From assembly GCF_049969415.1 (NCBI RefSeq), contig NZ_JBMFOX010000010.1:1-39442 (forward strand): DNA of 39,442 nt, given 5' to 3'. Of the stretch, positions 1 to 8,404 are shown piece by piece. Position 1 is the first letter of the stretch. Every line of letters begins with the position of its first letter. This DNA is from Candidatus Hadarchaeum sp. Lineage in GTDB: Archaea > Hadarchaeota > Hadarchaeia > Hadarchaeales > Hadarchaeaceae. A model generated the notes under the pieces. The model was not told the DNA's origin. It worked only from the letters and a program-made list of their open reading frames with translations, and searched no databases. Position numbers and translations under genes: made by a program.

Positions 1-339
1 TTCTTTGGGTGGTAGCAAAGGTGGTGAGGGCTGCGGACCGGGGGGAGTTCTGGGCTGGGCCTTTAGCTGCTGGATGGCGAGGACCCTTTCGTTCACGACC
101 ACATAGTCGCGGATTGACATCACGGCGCTGAAGGGGATCAGGGCATTGCCGCTCTCGTCCCGCTGGATGGTCCCGAGCACCTCCCTTGAGGCGGGTTTAA
201 CGATGAGGGAGACGATCCTCCCGTCCTTCTCATCGAAAATGATGTCGCTGACCCGACCCAGCTGGAGACCCCGATCGGTGATCACTCCCACGGATCGCAA
301 CTTGCTCGCGAGGATTTGCACGACTTCGACCTCCGCCAT
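1..339 (-). CDS. PRC-barrel domain protein with Pro-rich tail (3' end runs off the window)
   Basis: Not in the ORF track. Manual translation from ATG at 339 gives MAEVEVVQILASKLRSVGVITDRGLQLGRVSDIIFDEKDGRIVSLIVKP...LIPFSAVMSIRDYVVVNE...PRTPPGPQPSPPLLPPKE, matching the PRC-barrel pattern (V.T..G..LG.V.DI.FD...G.I..L.V ... IPF..V..I.D.V.V). The frame is open to position 1. Confidence 0.85.
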   Translation of the reverse strand, partial: MAEVEVVQILASKLRSVGVITDRGLQLGRVSDIIFDEKDGRIVSLIVKPASREVLGTIQRDESGNALIPFSAVMSIRDYVVVNERVLAIQQLKAQPRTPPGPQPSPPLLPPKE

Positions 340-365
340 AAGTTCTCTTCAGACCCTTAAAAGGT

Positions 366-2615
366 TTAATAGTGCATCGTGGTGGCCTCTTCGACGGCCC
401 GCTTGCTGATCCGATTGGCGAAGGATTCGTAGGTCTTTATCATCTCCGGGGTGATTGACGGCCGGACGCTTTCCATGGCCTGGCGGAAGTCCTGCATGGT
501 GACCTCCTTAGCCTGGATGTCCCGCCGCAACACCAGCATCGCCGCCTCTCGGCAGAGCGCGGCTAGGTCGGAGCCCGAGTAACCCTCGGTCTCCTTGGCG
601 ATCTGCTCGAGATCAACGTCCTTCGCCAGCGGCATTTTCCTAGTATGGATTTTTAGTATCTCCAGCCGCGCCTTCAGGTCGGGGGCCGGGACCAGCACCA
701 GCCGGTCGAAGCGTCCGGGTCGAAGCAACGCCGGGTCGATCAGGTCGGGCCGGTTGGTGGCGCCGATGACGACCACCTTCTCCAGCTTTTCCAGGCCGTC
801 GAGCTCGGTGAGCAGCTGGCTGATGACGCGCTCGGTCACGTGGGAGTCACCGAAGCCCGAGCCACGCCTGGGCACCAAGGCGTCGATCTCATCGAAGAAG
901 ATTACCGCCGGTGCGGCCATCTTGGCCTTCCGGAAGGTCTCCCGGACCCCGCGCTCGGATTCCCCGACCCACTTCGACAGCAGCTCGGGCCCCTTGATGG
1001 AGATGAAGTTGGCCTCGCTTTCCGTCGCCACGGCGCGCGCCAGCATCGTCTTTCCCGTGCCCGGGGGCCCGTAGAGCAGAATGCCGCGCGGAGGTTCGAT
1101 GCCCAGCCGCTTGAAGGCCTCAGGGTACTTAAGCGGCCACTCCACCGCCTCGCGCAGCTCCTGCTTGGCCTTCTCCAGTCCGCCGATGTCGTCCCAGTGA
1201 ACGTCCGGGACCTCGACCAGGACCTCACGCATCGCCGAGGGTTCAACTAACTTCAGGGCATTGTCGAAATCGCTTTTGGTGACCTGAAGCTTCTCGAGCA
1301 CCTCGGTGGGGATGGTTTTCTCGTCAAGCTTGATTTCGGGCAGGATCCGGCGCAGGGCGCTCATGGCCGCCTCTTTACAGAGGGCCTCGAGGTCGGCGCC
1401 GACGAAGCCGTGGGTGATGCTGGCGTAGTAGTCCAGGTCCACGTCCTTGGCCAGCGGCATGCCCCGGGTGTGAATCTGGAGGATCTCCTTTCTCCCCTCC
1501 CGGTCCGGCACACCGATCTCGATTTCCCGGTCAAACCTCCCCGGCCGGCGGATGGCGGGGTCGAGGGCGTTGGGCCGGTTGGTGGCGCCGATGACGATGA
1601 CCCGGCCCCGGGACTTCAATCCGTCGAGGGCGGTGTTCAGGGTGGCGACCACCCGCCTTTCGACCTCTCCGGTGACCTCCTCCCGCTTCGGGGCGATGGC
1701 GTCGAGCTCGTCGATGAAGACGATTGAGGGGGCGTTTTTCTCGGCTTGCTCGAAGATTTCGCGCAGGCGGGCCTCGGATTCACCATACCATTTCGACATT
1801 ATTTCCGGACCGTTGATGGAGATGAAGTTGGCGCCGGACTCGTTGGCGACGGCCTTCGCGATCAGCGTCTTTCCCGTGCCCGGAGGACCGTGGAGCAGCA
1901 CGCCCTTCGGAGGATCTATCCCGAGCCGGTCAAAGAGCTCGGGGTGTTTCAGGGGGAGCTCTATCATCTCCCGCACCCGCTCTAGTTCCACCTTCAGCCC
2001 GCCGATATCCTCATAGGTGACCGGAGGAACCTTGAGCTCCTTCAGCTCGACGGCCTCCGGGAGAACTTCCACATTGGTCATGTCGGTGACGAGGACGATT
2101 CCGGAGGGGTTGGTGTTGGTGACGACGAACTTCACCTCGCCGAGGCCGAAGGGCAGGGCCATGCTGCCGAAGATGCTGCCGAAGAAGTCGTCCAGCACCT
2201 CGGTCTCGGGCGGGGTCGGTGCAATCAGGTCGCCCTTTGCCACCGGCCTGCCGATCAGGTTGCGCTTGATCACCTCACCCGGCCCCATGAACCTGACGTT
2301 GGGCTCGGTTGGGGCCACGGTAATTGATTTGGCCTCCTTTATCGCTGCCTTTCGCACGGTGACCTTTTCCCCGATGGAGGTGCCGGCGTTGTGCCGGATC
2401 ATGCCATCGATCCGAATGATTTCTAGTCCCCGATCTTCGGGAGCTCCCTTGATCGCGATGGCTCCGGTCGACCTAGTTCCGATGATCTCGATGTAGTCAC
2501 CTTGTTTAATTCCAACCCTTTTCATGATGGCTTCGTCAATCAGGGCGAAGCCGCGGTTCACGTAGTTCTGGTAGCGGTTCTCCGCCACCACCAGCTTCAC
2601 TTCATTTTCGGGCAT
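366..2615 (-). CDS. cdc48: CDC48/VAT family AAA+ ATPase
   Basis: N-domain plus two AAA modules with Walker A GPPGTGKT twice, Walker B IFIDELD/IFFDEID and SRH RPGRFDR twice. Start placed at ATG 2615 (MPENEV), behind a GGAGGAG RBS. Confidence 0.97.
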   Translation of the reverse strand: MPENEVKLVVAENRYQNYVNRGFALIDEAIMKRVGIKQGDYIEIIGTRSTGAIAIKGAPEDRGLEIIRIDGMIRHNAGTSIGEKVTVRKAAIKEAKSITVAPTEPNVRFMGPGEVIKRNLIGRPVAKGDLIAPTPPETEVLDDFFGSIFGSMALPFGLGEVKFVVTNTNPSGIVLVTDMTNVEVLPEAVELKELKVPPVTYEDIGGLKVELERVREMIELPLKHPELFDRLGIDPPKGVLLHGPPGTGKTLIAKAVANESGANFISINGPEIMSKWYGESEARLREIFEQAEKNAPSIVFIDELDAIAPKREEVTGEVERRVVATLNTALDGLKSRGRVIVIGATNRPNALDPAIRRPGRFDREIEIGVPDREGRKEILQIHTRGMPLAKDVDLDYYASITHGFVGADLEALCKEAAMSALRRILPEIKLDEKTIPTEVLEKLQVTKSDFDNALKLVEPSAMREVLVEVPDVHWDDIGGLEKAKQELREAVEWPLKYPEAFKRLGIEPPRGILLYGPPGTGKTMLARAVATESEANFISIKGPELLSKWVGESERGVRETFRKAKMAAPAVIFFDEIDALVPRRGSGFGDSHVTERVISQLLTELDGLEKLEKVVVIGATNRPDLIDPALLRPGRFDRLVLVPAPDLKARLEILKIHTRKMPLAKDVDLEQIAKETEGYSGSDLAALCREAAMLVLRRDIQAKEVTMQDFRQAMESVRPSITPEMIKTYESFANRISKRAVEEATTMHY

Positions 2616-2619
2616 AATC

Positions 2620-2898
2620 TCACTCCTCCTCCACCACAAACTTGTACCAAATCAAATGTTCGGCGAATTCCTTAAAGATGCGCTCCACCATCTTGGCGTA
2701 CTCTTCCTCGATCAGCAGGGTGCTGCGGTTGATGAACTCCCAGACATCCTCAGGGAGCTGGTCTAGGATGCCCGGGGAGTGGTTGCGCCCGGATTTGGTC
2801 TCGTAGTCATAGCCGCAGAGTGCCCGGTAGAAAAGGGTGGCCGGTGAGCCCCGCGACTTGACATCCCAGACAAGCAGAATTTTTCTCATGATGATCAC
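2620..2898 (-). CDS. Small hypothetical protein, putative Cas2/VapD-like ferredoxin fold
   Basis: 92 aa. N-terminal strand KILLVWD resembles the Cas2 'hhhhYD' motif, and INRSTLLI resembles the Cas2 'Q.SVF' strand. Its stop lies 4 nt before the cdc48 ATG. The start may instead be ATG 2889. Confidence 0.6.
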   Translation of the reverse strand: MIIMRKILLVWDVKSRGSPATLFYRALCGYDYETKSGRNHSPGILDQLPEDVWEFINRSTLLIEEEYAKMVERIFKEFAEHLIWYKFVVEEE

Positions 2899-2990
2899 TT
2901 GTTATATTTATAACAAATGACCCCCTATATAAAGCTTTTGTTATATATATAACAAACGCGCCGCTCGAATATTTGTTATATTTATAACAA
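2899..2990. repeat. Three copies of the palindrome TTGTTATA-NN-TATAACAA (probable operator sites)
   Basis: Copies at 2899-2916, 2938-2955 and 2973-2990, all with perfect 8-bp arms. Confidence 0.9.
2926..2940 (-). promoter_or_regulatory. BRE/TATA box for the small ORF-cdc48 unit
   Basis: The minus strand reads CAAAAGC-TTTATATA about 30 nt upstream of the start codon, between palindromes 1 and 2. Confidence 0.65.
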
Positions 2991-3047
2991 ATGTATTAAA
3001 TCCGCAGCTTCTAATATTATCAGGCACATACTCTCAAGAGGTGAAAG

Positions 3048-4247
3048 ATGAAGCTGGCTTTTATCGACTGCAGCATCGCCGGCGTTGCCGGTGATATGCT
3101 CACGGCAGCCCTCATCGATGCCGGGGCCTCGGCGGAACGGGTGAAGCAGGCCATGATTTCGGCGGGAAGCTGTTTCGGCGAGGTCAAGGTGAAGATTAAA
3201 CACGTTGAGGTGAATGGCATCAGGGCGGCGCGCGTCGATGTGGCGACGGAGGACCAAGGCGGCCGAAGCTACCGGGAGATTGTGAACGGGCTGAAGAAGA
3301 TCGACCTGCCGGAGGTCGTCCGTGACAAGGCCCTCGCGGCGCTGAGGAAGCTCGCCGAAGCGGAATCAAGGGTCCACGGCAGGACGTTGGACAAGCTCCA
3401 CCTTCACGAGGTCGGGGCCGCCGATGCCGTCGCCGATATCGTCGGGGCATGCACTGCCGCCGAGGACCTAGGTCTGTTCGAGGGCGAGATCGTCTCCAGC
3501 GAAATCGCGGTCGGCAAAGGCCTTACGAATTTCACCCACGGCAGCCTGCCCATACCACCCCCGGCCGTCCTAGAAATTCTCAAGGGAAAACCCCTCGTGG
3601 GCGTTGCCACTCCCAATGAGCTGACGACCCCCACCGGCGCTGCCCTAGTCACCACCCTGGCCAGCCGCTACGTCGGCACCTTTCCATCGATGCGCGTGCT
3701 CTCGGTAGGCTACGGAGCCGGCAGCAGAGATTTTCCCTCCCCGAACTTCACCCGGGTGTGCGTTGGGGAGACTTGGGAAGCTTCGGAGTCCGGCGAGATC
3801 GCGGTGCTGGAAACCAATGTCGACAGTGTTACTGGTGAGGTCATCGGGTACGCCATCGAAAAGCTGCTGGCAGCGGGAGCCCTGGACGCCGGCGCCATCC
3901 CGATGATCATGAAGAAGGGCCGGCCCGGATTTCTGTTGCGGGTGTTGGCGAGGCCTAAGGAAGCGGAGCGGTTGAGCCGGGTGTTGATGCAGGAGACGGG
4001 AACACTCGGCGTCCGCCTGATGCCCTCTGTCCACCGTTATATGCTGGAGCGTGAGATAGTCAGGGTCGACCTCAAGCTCGCGGGCTTGAGGTTCAAGCCG
4101 CGGGTGAAGGTCGCACGCGAGGGCGGCAGAATCGTCGGCTGGAGGGCAGAATATGAGGATGCCAAGGCCATAGCCGATCGCACCGGGATTTCCCTTCGCG
4201 AGGTCATCAGAAAGGTTGAGGAGGCCGCCCGGAGCAAGGTCAGGTGA
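3048..4247 (+). CDS. larC: Nickel-pincer cofactor biosynthesis protein LarC
   Basis: Motifs DCxxGVAGDM, HLHEVGAADAVADI, ELTTPTGAA, ETNVD, MKKGRPG, ETGTLGVR and EYED. GAGGTGA RBS. Confidence 0.93.
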   Translation: MKLAFIDCSIAGVAGDMLTAALIDAGASAERVKQAMISAGSCFGEVKVKIKHVEVNGIRAARVDVATEDQGGRSYREIVNGLKKIDLPEVVRDKALAALRKLAEAESRVHGRTLDKLHLHEVGAADAVADIVGACTAAEDLGLFEGEIVSSEIAVGKGLTNFTHGSLPIPPPAVLEILKGKPLVGVATPNELTTPTGAALVTTLASRYVGTFPSMRVLSVGYGAGSRDFPSPNFTRVCVGETWEASESGEIAVLETNVDSVTGEVIGYAIEKLLAAGALDAGAIPMIMKKGRPGFLLRVLARPKEAERLSRVLMQETGTLGVRLMPSVHRYMLEREIVRVDLKLAGLRFKPRVKVAREGGRIVGWRAEYEDAKAIADRTGISLREVIRKVEEAARSKVR

Positions 4248-4788
4248 AGTTTCTCCTCCTTTTAGCACCCAGGTTCAAAGATTTTTCGGGAGGTCCCTGA
4301 AAAGGTGGGTCGTGATCGCAATACTTGCCTTGCTCCTGTTACTAGCATGGGTTCTCGTCAGCCAGAGCACCCGTCCCGGCGAAGATTTTCAAGAAGCACC
4401 GGTTATTGAACGATCCGCTGTGGTCTCCCGGGTAATCGATGGTGACACTATAGATCTCGAGGGCGGGGAAAAGGTGAGGCTGGTGGGAATTAACGCCCCA
4501 GAACTGCGGTCGAGCAACCTAGAGGAGAGGGAGTTGGCCGAGAGCGCCAAGGAATTTGTCGAGAATTTTTGTCCCCCAGGATCCAAGATCGGCCTGAACG
4601 TCGACGACCTTGAGCCGAGAGATCGTTATGGACGCACGCTAGCTCTGGTCTACGTGGACGTGGATAATGTTTGGCTCAATCTCAACGCCGAGCTGTTGCG
4701 CCGGGGCCTCGCCGAAATATTGTACCTGCCGCCATCGGAGTTCAACCCGTACAAATGGATGGTTGATCTTCCGCTCAGCAGCCGTTAA
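4216..4788 (+). CDS. Membrane-anchored thermonuclease (SNase-like); start uncertain
   Basis: Hydrophobic helix VVIAILALLLLLAWVLV followed by VIDGDT, VRLVGINAPE and DRYGRTLA motifs. Confidence 0.9.
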   Translation: MRRPPGARSGEVSPPFSTQVQRFFGRSLKRWVVIAILALLLLLAWVLVSQSTRPGEDFQEAPVIERSAVVSRVIDGDTIDLEGGEKVRLVGINAPELRSSNLEERELAESAKEFVENFCPPGSKIGLNVDDLEPRDRYGRTLALVYVDVDNVWLNLNAELLRRGLAEILYLPPSEFNPYKWMVDLPLSSR

Positions 4789-4928
4789 GTTCTCGTGACC
4801 AACCGTGAAAGCCCAGAACATTACTTTCGGCGACCCCTCTTCAAAATTCGCTTAAACCGTCCTTGGTTATCTTTGGTTGGCTCGAAGGTGACGGTTGGAA
4901 GGCACGCTTGAAGCTCTGGAGGCTTGGC

Positions 4929-6071
4929 ATGAGTTCATCAGAACAGGCGGCAGGTTTTTCTACCGAGGCCCTATCGCTGGAGTTGGCTGTGGAAAAAATG
5001 GTCGAGCGCATAATCGATCAGGAGTCGCGGAGAAAAAAGATCGGCAAGGCCCTGTCCGGTCTGAAAGGCGCTTGCTTGGATACGGACGGTGGCATTGTCG
5101 AGAGGACCCTTGTCAAGGAGGTGAAGATTGATCCACTTCAGGACCTGCGTGTGTGCGGGGTCGACGGAGGCCTGCTCGATCAGCAGCTGCATGGATTTGA
5201 CCTCATCTTGGTCCGGGCCCTGGCGGTGATACTTCACTACTGTGAAGGTGTGTTGGCCGGGGCCGAGTACTTGCCGAGCGATTTTCCCCAGCCGAGGCCG
5301 ATTGACGTTGCGGAATCGCTTGACGCGTGGGAATTTCAGATTTTGGCAGGGATGGAACGCCAGCTGGCCGAAATCGAAATTGCGGCAAACGTGGCCGATA
5401 ACGGCGGCGTCGGATCGATATTGCTTGATGGTTCAATCGTCCCCCAATACGTCGAACGCTTTCCGCGAAGCCCCAAGCTGTTCGAGCGCTATCAAAATCT
5501 GATCCAAGCTTATACCCGATTGTATCAGGCCTGTGTGCAATCCGGCATCATTCTCGCCGGGGCCGTTAAGGACAGCCGCGGGGCCAGGTTCGTGGAAATT
5601 TTGAAGCAAAGAATATTATCCAAATTTGACCTCGGCCTAGAAAAGGATGATTTCTCGATTCTGGAGAAAACAAGGGACACGGTTCTTTTAAATCACCTGC
5701 TTAAGGTTGGCGAGCGCACTTCGGCCTTCACCTATGCGGAGAAGCCGGCCAGCTATGTGCTCAGCGACTTGGGTCCGTGGGCCACCAAGATTTATGGCTT
5801 TTACATCCGAACGGTACCGTTTGATAGACCGCTCCGGGTGGAGTTTTTGGAAGGTGGAGAAGGTATTGCCGAAACAGCCGATCGCGTTGCCTCGCTGGTT
5901 TACGCCTTGTCCTCCTTCCACGACGGATTTGGTTTGCCTTCGGTAATCGTCGAGGCTGACGCCCGGGCGAGGCTGACGGAGGAGGACCTGGAACTGTTCC
6001 GGGACAGCATTTCTGCCCGCTTGGAGCCAGATTTTGCCCTGGAAATGCGGCGGGCGAGGAAGCCGTTCTGA
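4929..6071 (+). CDS. nurA: DNA double-strand break repair nuclease NurA
   Basis: Motifs GVDGG, LLDGSI, VKDS, LRVEF and GLPSVIVEAD.RA. Lies directly upstream of herA. Start taken at ATG 4929 (the ORF is open from 4863). Confidence 0.9.
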   Translation: MSSSEQAAGFSTEALSLELAVEKMVERIIDQESRRKKIGKALSGLKGACLDTDGGIVERTLVKEVKIDPLQDLRVCGVDGGLLDQQLHGFDLILVRALAVILHYCEGVLAGAEYLPSDFPQPRPIDVAESLDAWEFQILAGMERQLAEIEIAANVADNGGVGSILLDGSIVPQYVERFPRSPKLFERYQNLIQAYTRLYQACVQSGIILAGAVKDSRGARFVEILKQRILSKFDLGLEKDDFSILEKTRDTVLLNHLLKVGERTSAFTYAEKPASYVLSDLGPWATKIYGFYIRTVPFDRPLRVEFLEGGEGIAETADRVASLVYALSSFHDGFGLPSVIVEADARARLTEEDLELFRDSISARLEPDFALEMRRARKPF

Positions 6072-6080
6072 GGTGTTGTC

Positions 6081-7601
6081 TTGGAGATCGGAACAGTTAT
6101 CGTGGACGAGGACTCACCGTCACCGTGCCAGTTCAGTTTTGTGGTCACGAGCGGCGGCGGCATTCCCGTCCGCCAGGGGCAGTTTGTCGCGGTGGTAACT
6201 GAGGAAGGCCGGGCGATCGCTTTTGTAACTAGCCTCGTCAAGACAAACAGGTACTTCATGCGGGCGGAGTCCGTCAGGGAATACGAGCGGAGAGGCAGGC
6301 CGTTAAACTCGATATTTCCCGCCGATCGCTGGGAATATCTGGTGGCGCGGGCGCAGGTGCTGGGAGTTCAGGGGGCCGAGGGATTGGAGAGGAACACCTT
6401 CCCACCCTCCCCCGGTCAAAGGGTGTTAACGGTGGAAGGTGAAACGCTGGCGCAGTTTCTGGGGCTGCGGCCGAGCGGTGGGGTTGAGATCGGCAGGCTG
6501 AAGCACCACGATTTTCCGGTGAGACTTGACCTCACCAAGCTGTTGAGAAAACACGTGGCCGTGCTTGCCATGTCTGGTTCGGGCAAGAGCCACTTTGCCA
6601 CCGTGTTGGTGGAGGAGCTGCTCGACCGTCCGGCGGAGCAGGGCCGACCAGCTCTAGTGATCGTCGATGTTCACGGGGAATACGTCGGACTGGCGGACAG
6701 CCCCAATTTCTCCGGCATGGTGGCCGTGGTTAATGGCAATGACGTTCGCATCGGTGTGCCCAACCTGAACGCCTACCAGTTCAAGGAGTTTCTGCCCGAC
6801 ATCAGCGGAGTTCAGTTGCGTGAGCTCCAGAAGGTGCTTGAGAACCTGCGTGCGGAGATGAGAAATGGCAAAGGTTCATTTGACTTGGATGATGTCATCT
6901 CTAGGGTTGAAGCTGAGGAAGGCCTGAACAAGCAGCTCCAGCAGGCCTTGGTGGGCTGGCTCAACGACCTGCAGTCTCTGGGGATATTTGATCACGCCGA
7001 CAACCCCAACTGGGAGCGTGCGGTGTTTCCCGGAAGGGCGCTGGTGATGGACTTGAGCGAGATAACCAGCCTGCGCCGAAAGCAGATGCTGGTGGCGCAT
7101 GCGGCCCGGAGGCTGTTTCAGGCCCGGAAGCGAAATCGCGTGCCTCCCTTTTTGCTCTGTCTGGAGGAGGCCCATCAGTTCTGTCCTTCGGGCGATTCCA
7201 GAGAAGCGGCGATCTCTAGGCCGGCGCTGGAGACTATCGCCAGAGAGGGTCGCAAGTTCTACGCCTCATTGATGCTCATTTCCCAGCGCCCCGTGAGGCT
7301 GTCGACAACGGTGCTCTCCCAAGCCAGCACCAACGTGATACTGCGCATAACCAATCCGTATGACCTGGAACACATCAAGCAGTCTTCCGAGTCGATAACC
7401 AAGGAGGCCGCGGACATGATCTCCACGTTGCCGGTGGGCGAGGCGCTCATTGTCGGCGAGGCGGTGAACTACCCCATCTTTGTGAAGATCCGGCAGAGGC
7501 GCTCGCCAAGCCGCTCCGGTGGCCTCAGCATAGAGGAGGCGGTGCAAGAGTTTGAGAGGATGAGTTCCGGGGAAGAGGAGGACGCTAAGGCCTTCATGTG
7601 A
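6081..7601 (+). CDS. herA: HerA helicase/ATPase
   Basis: HAS-like N-terminus, Walker A HVAVLAMSGSGKS, DVHGEY, Walker B LEEAH, IAREGRKF and SQRP. Confidence 0.93.
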   Translation: MEIGTVIVDEDSPSPCQFSFVVTSGGGIPVRQGQFVAVVTEEGRAIAFVTSLVKTNRYFMRAESVREYERRGRPLNSIFPADRWEYLVARAQVLGVQGAEGLERNTFPPSPGQRVLTVEGETLAQFLGLRPSGGVEIGRLKHHDFPVRLDLTKLLRKHVAVLAMSGSGKSHFATVLVEELLDRPAEQGRPALVIVDVHGEYVGLADSPNFSGMVAVVNGNDVRIGVPNLNAYQFKEFLPDISGVQLRELQKVLENLRAEMRNGKGSFDLDDVISRVEAEEGLNKQLQQALVGWLNDLQSLGIFDHADNPNWERAVFPGRALVMDLSEITSLRRKQMLVAHAARRLFQARKRNRVPPFLLCLEEAHQFCPSGDSREAAISRPALETIAREGRKFYASLMLISQRPVRLSTTVLSQASTNVILRITNPYDLEHIKQSSESITKEAADMISTLPVGEALIVGEAVNYPIFVKIRQRRSPSRSGGLSIEEAVQEFERMSSGEEEDAKAFM

Positions 7602-7635
7602 AGGTGGCCAGTTTTTCAGTCTTTGGTTGGATGTC

Positions 7636-8322
7636 CTACAGCTTTTCAAAGGCAGATTTGTCGGCACCGCATATCGGGCAGACCCAGTTCTCCGGCAGCT
7701 CCTCAAACGGCGTCCCGGGTTTGATTCCGGAGTCAGGGTCGCCCTTTTCCGGATCATAGATATAGCCGCAGATGGTGCACTTGTATTTTTGACCCGCGGG
7801 CGGTTTAGCCGGCTTTTCCTCCTTGAGGTAGGTCGGAGCCGTCGGCGGAGAAGCCCCCCGCTTTATCTCGTGATAGTAGGCATAGGTCATCGGTTCCGCG
7901 TCCTTGATCATCTGGGCATCGACCACTTTTCCGATGAAAATGGTGTGAGTGCCCACGTCCAAGCTGTTGATCACCTCGGCCTCGAGATACCCCACGGCGT
8001 TGTCCAGGACGATGGGGGCGCCGGTGACGCCAATCTTATAATCGACCTCCTGGAACTTGTCCGTTTCTCGCCCCGTTTTGAAGCCGAAGTCGCCGATGAA
8101 CTTTAACGGCGTGTCCTTGGCCAGTATTGATACCGCGAACACCTTGCTCTTTTGGACGATCTCATGGGTCAGGTTTTTCTTGTTGAGACAGACGGCCACG
8201 GTCGGGGGTTCTGAGGTGGTCTGGAAAACGGTGTTGGCAATCTGACCGTTCGGTTTCTCGCCAAATTTTGAGCTCACCACATACAGGCCGTAGCTGACCT
8301 TGTAGAGGGTTTTTAAGTCCAT
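7636..8322 (-). CDS. Flavin reductase-rubredoxin fusion (high-molecular-weight rubredoxin type)
   Basis: Flavin reductase domain ([22 protein letters not shown]) plus C-terminal rubredoxin CTICGYIY...WVCPICG. Confidence 0.92.
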   Translation of the reverse strand: MDLKTLYKVSYGLYVVSSKFGEKPNGQIANTVFQTTSEPPTVAVCLNKKNLTHEIVQKSKVFAVSILAKDTPLKFIGDFGFKTGRETDKFQEVDYKIGVTGAPIVLDNAVGYLEAEVINSLDVGTHTIFIGKVVDAQMIKDAEPMTYAYYHEIKRGASPPTAPTYLKEEKPAKPPAGQKYKCTICGYIYDPEKGDPDSGIKPGTPFEELPENWVCPICGADKSAFEKL

Positions 8323-8404
8323 ATCATCGTTTTTCCCTGAACCTGAGTCTACTTAAAATTTTCCGATGGGCGGGTAATGTTTTAAAGAAAAATAACGCAG
8401 TTAT

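Noticed and set aside
700-1960. Internal DNA repeats within cdc48, also similar to pan
   Set aside because: Explained by the duplicated AAA modules (Walker A and SRH coding sequence).
2899-2990. Mini-CRISPR array next to a cas2-like gene
   Set aside because: The repeats are only 18 bp with perfect palindromic arms, the spacers are 21 and 17 bp (one contains the TATA box), and no other cas genes are present. Operator sites fit better.
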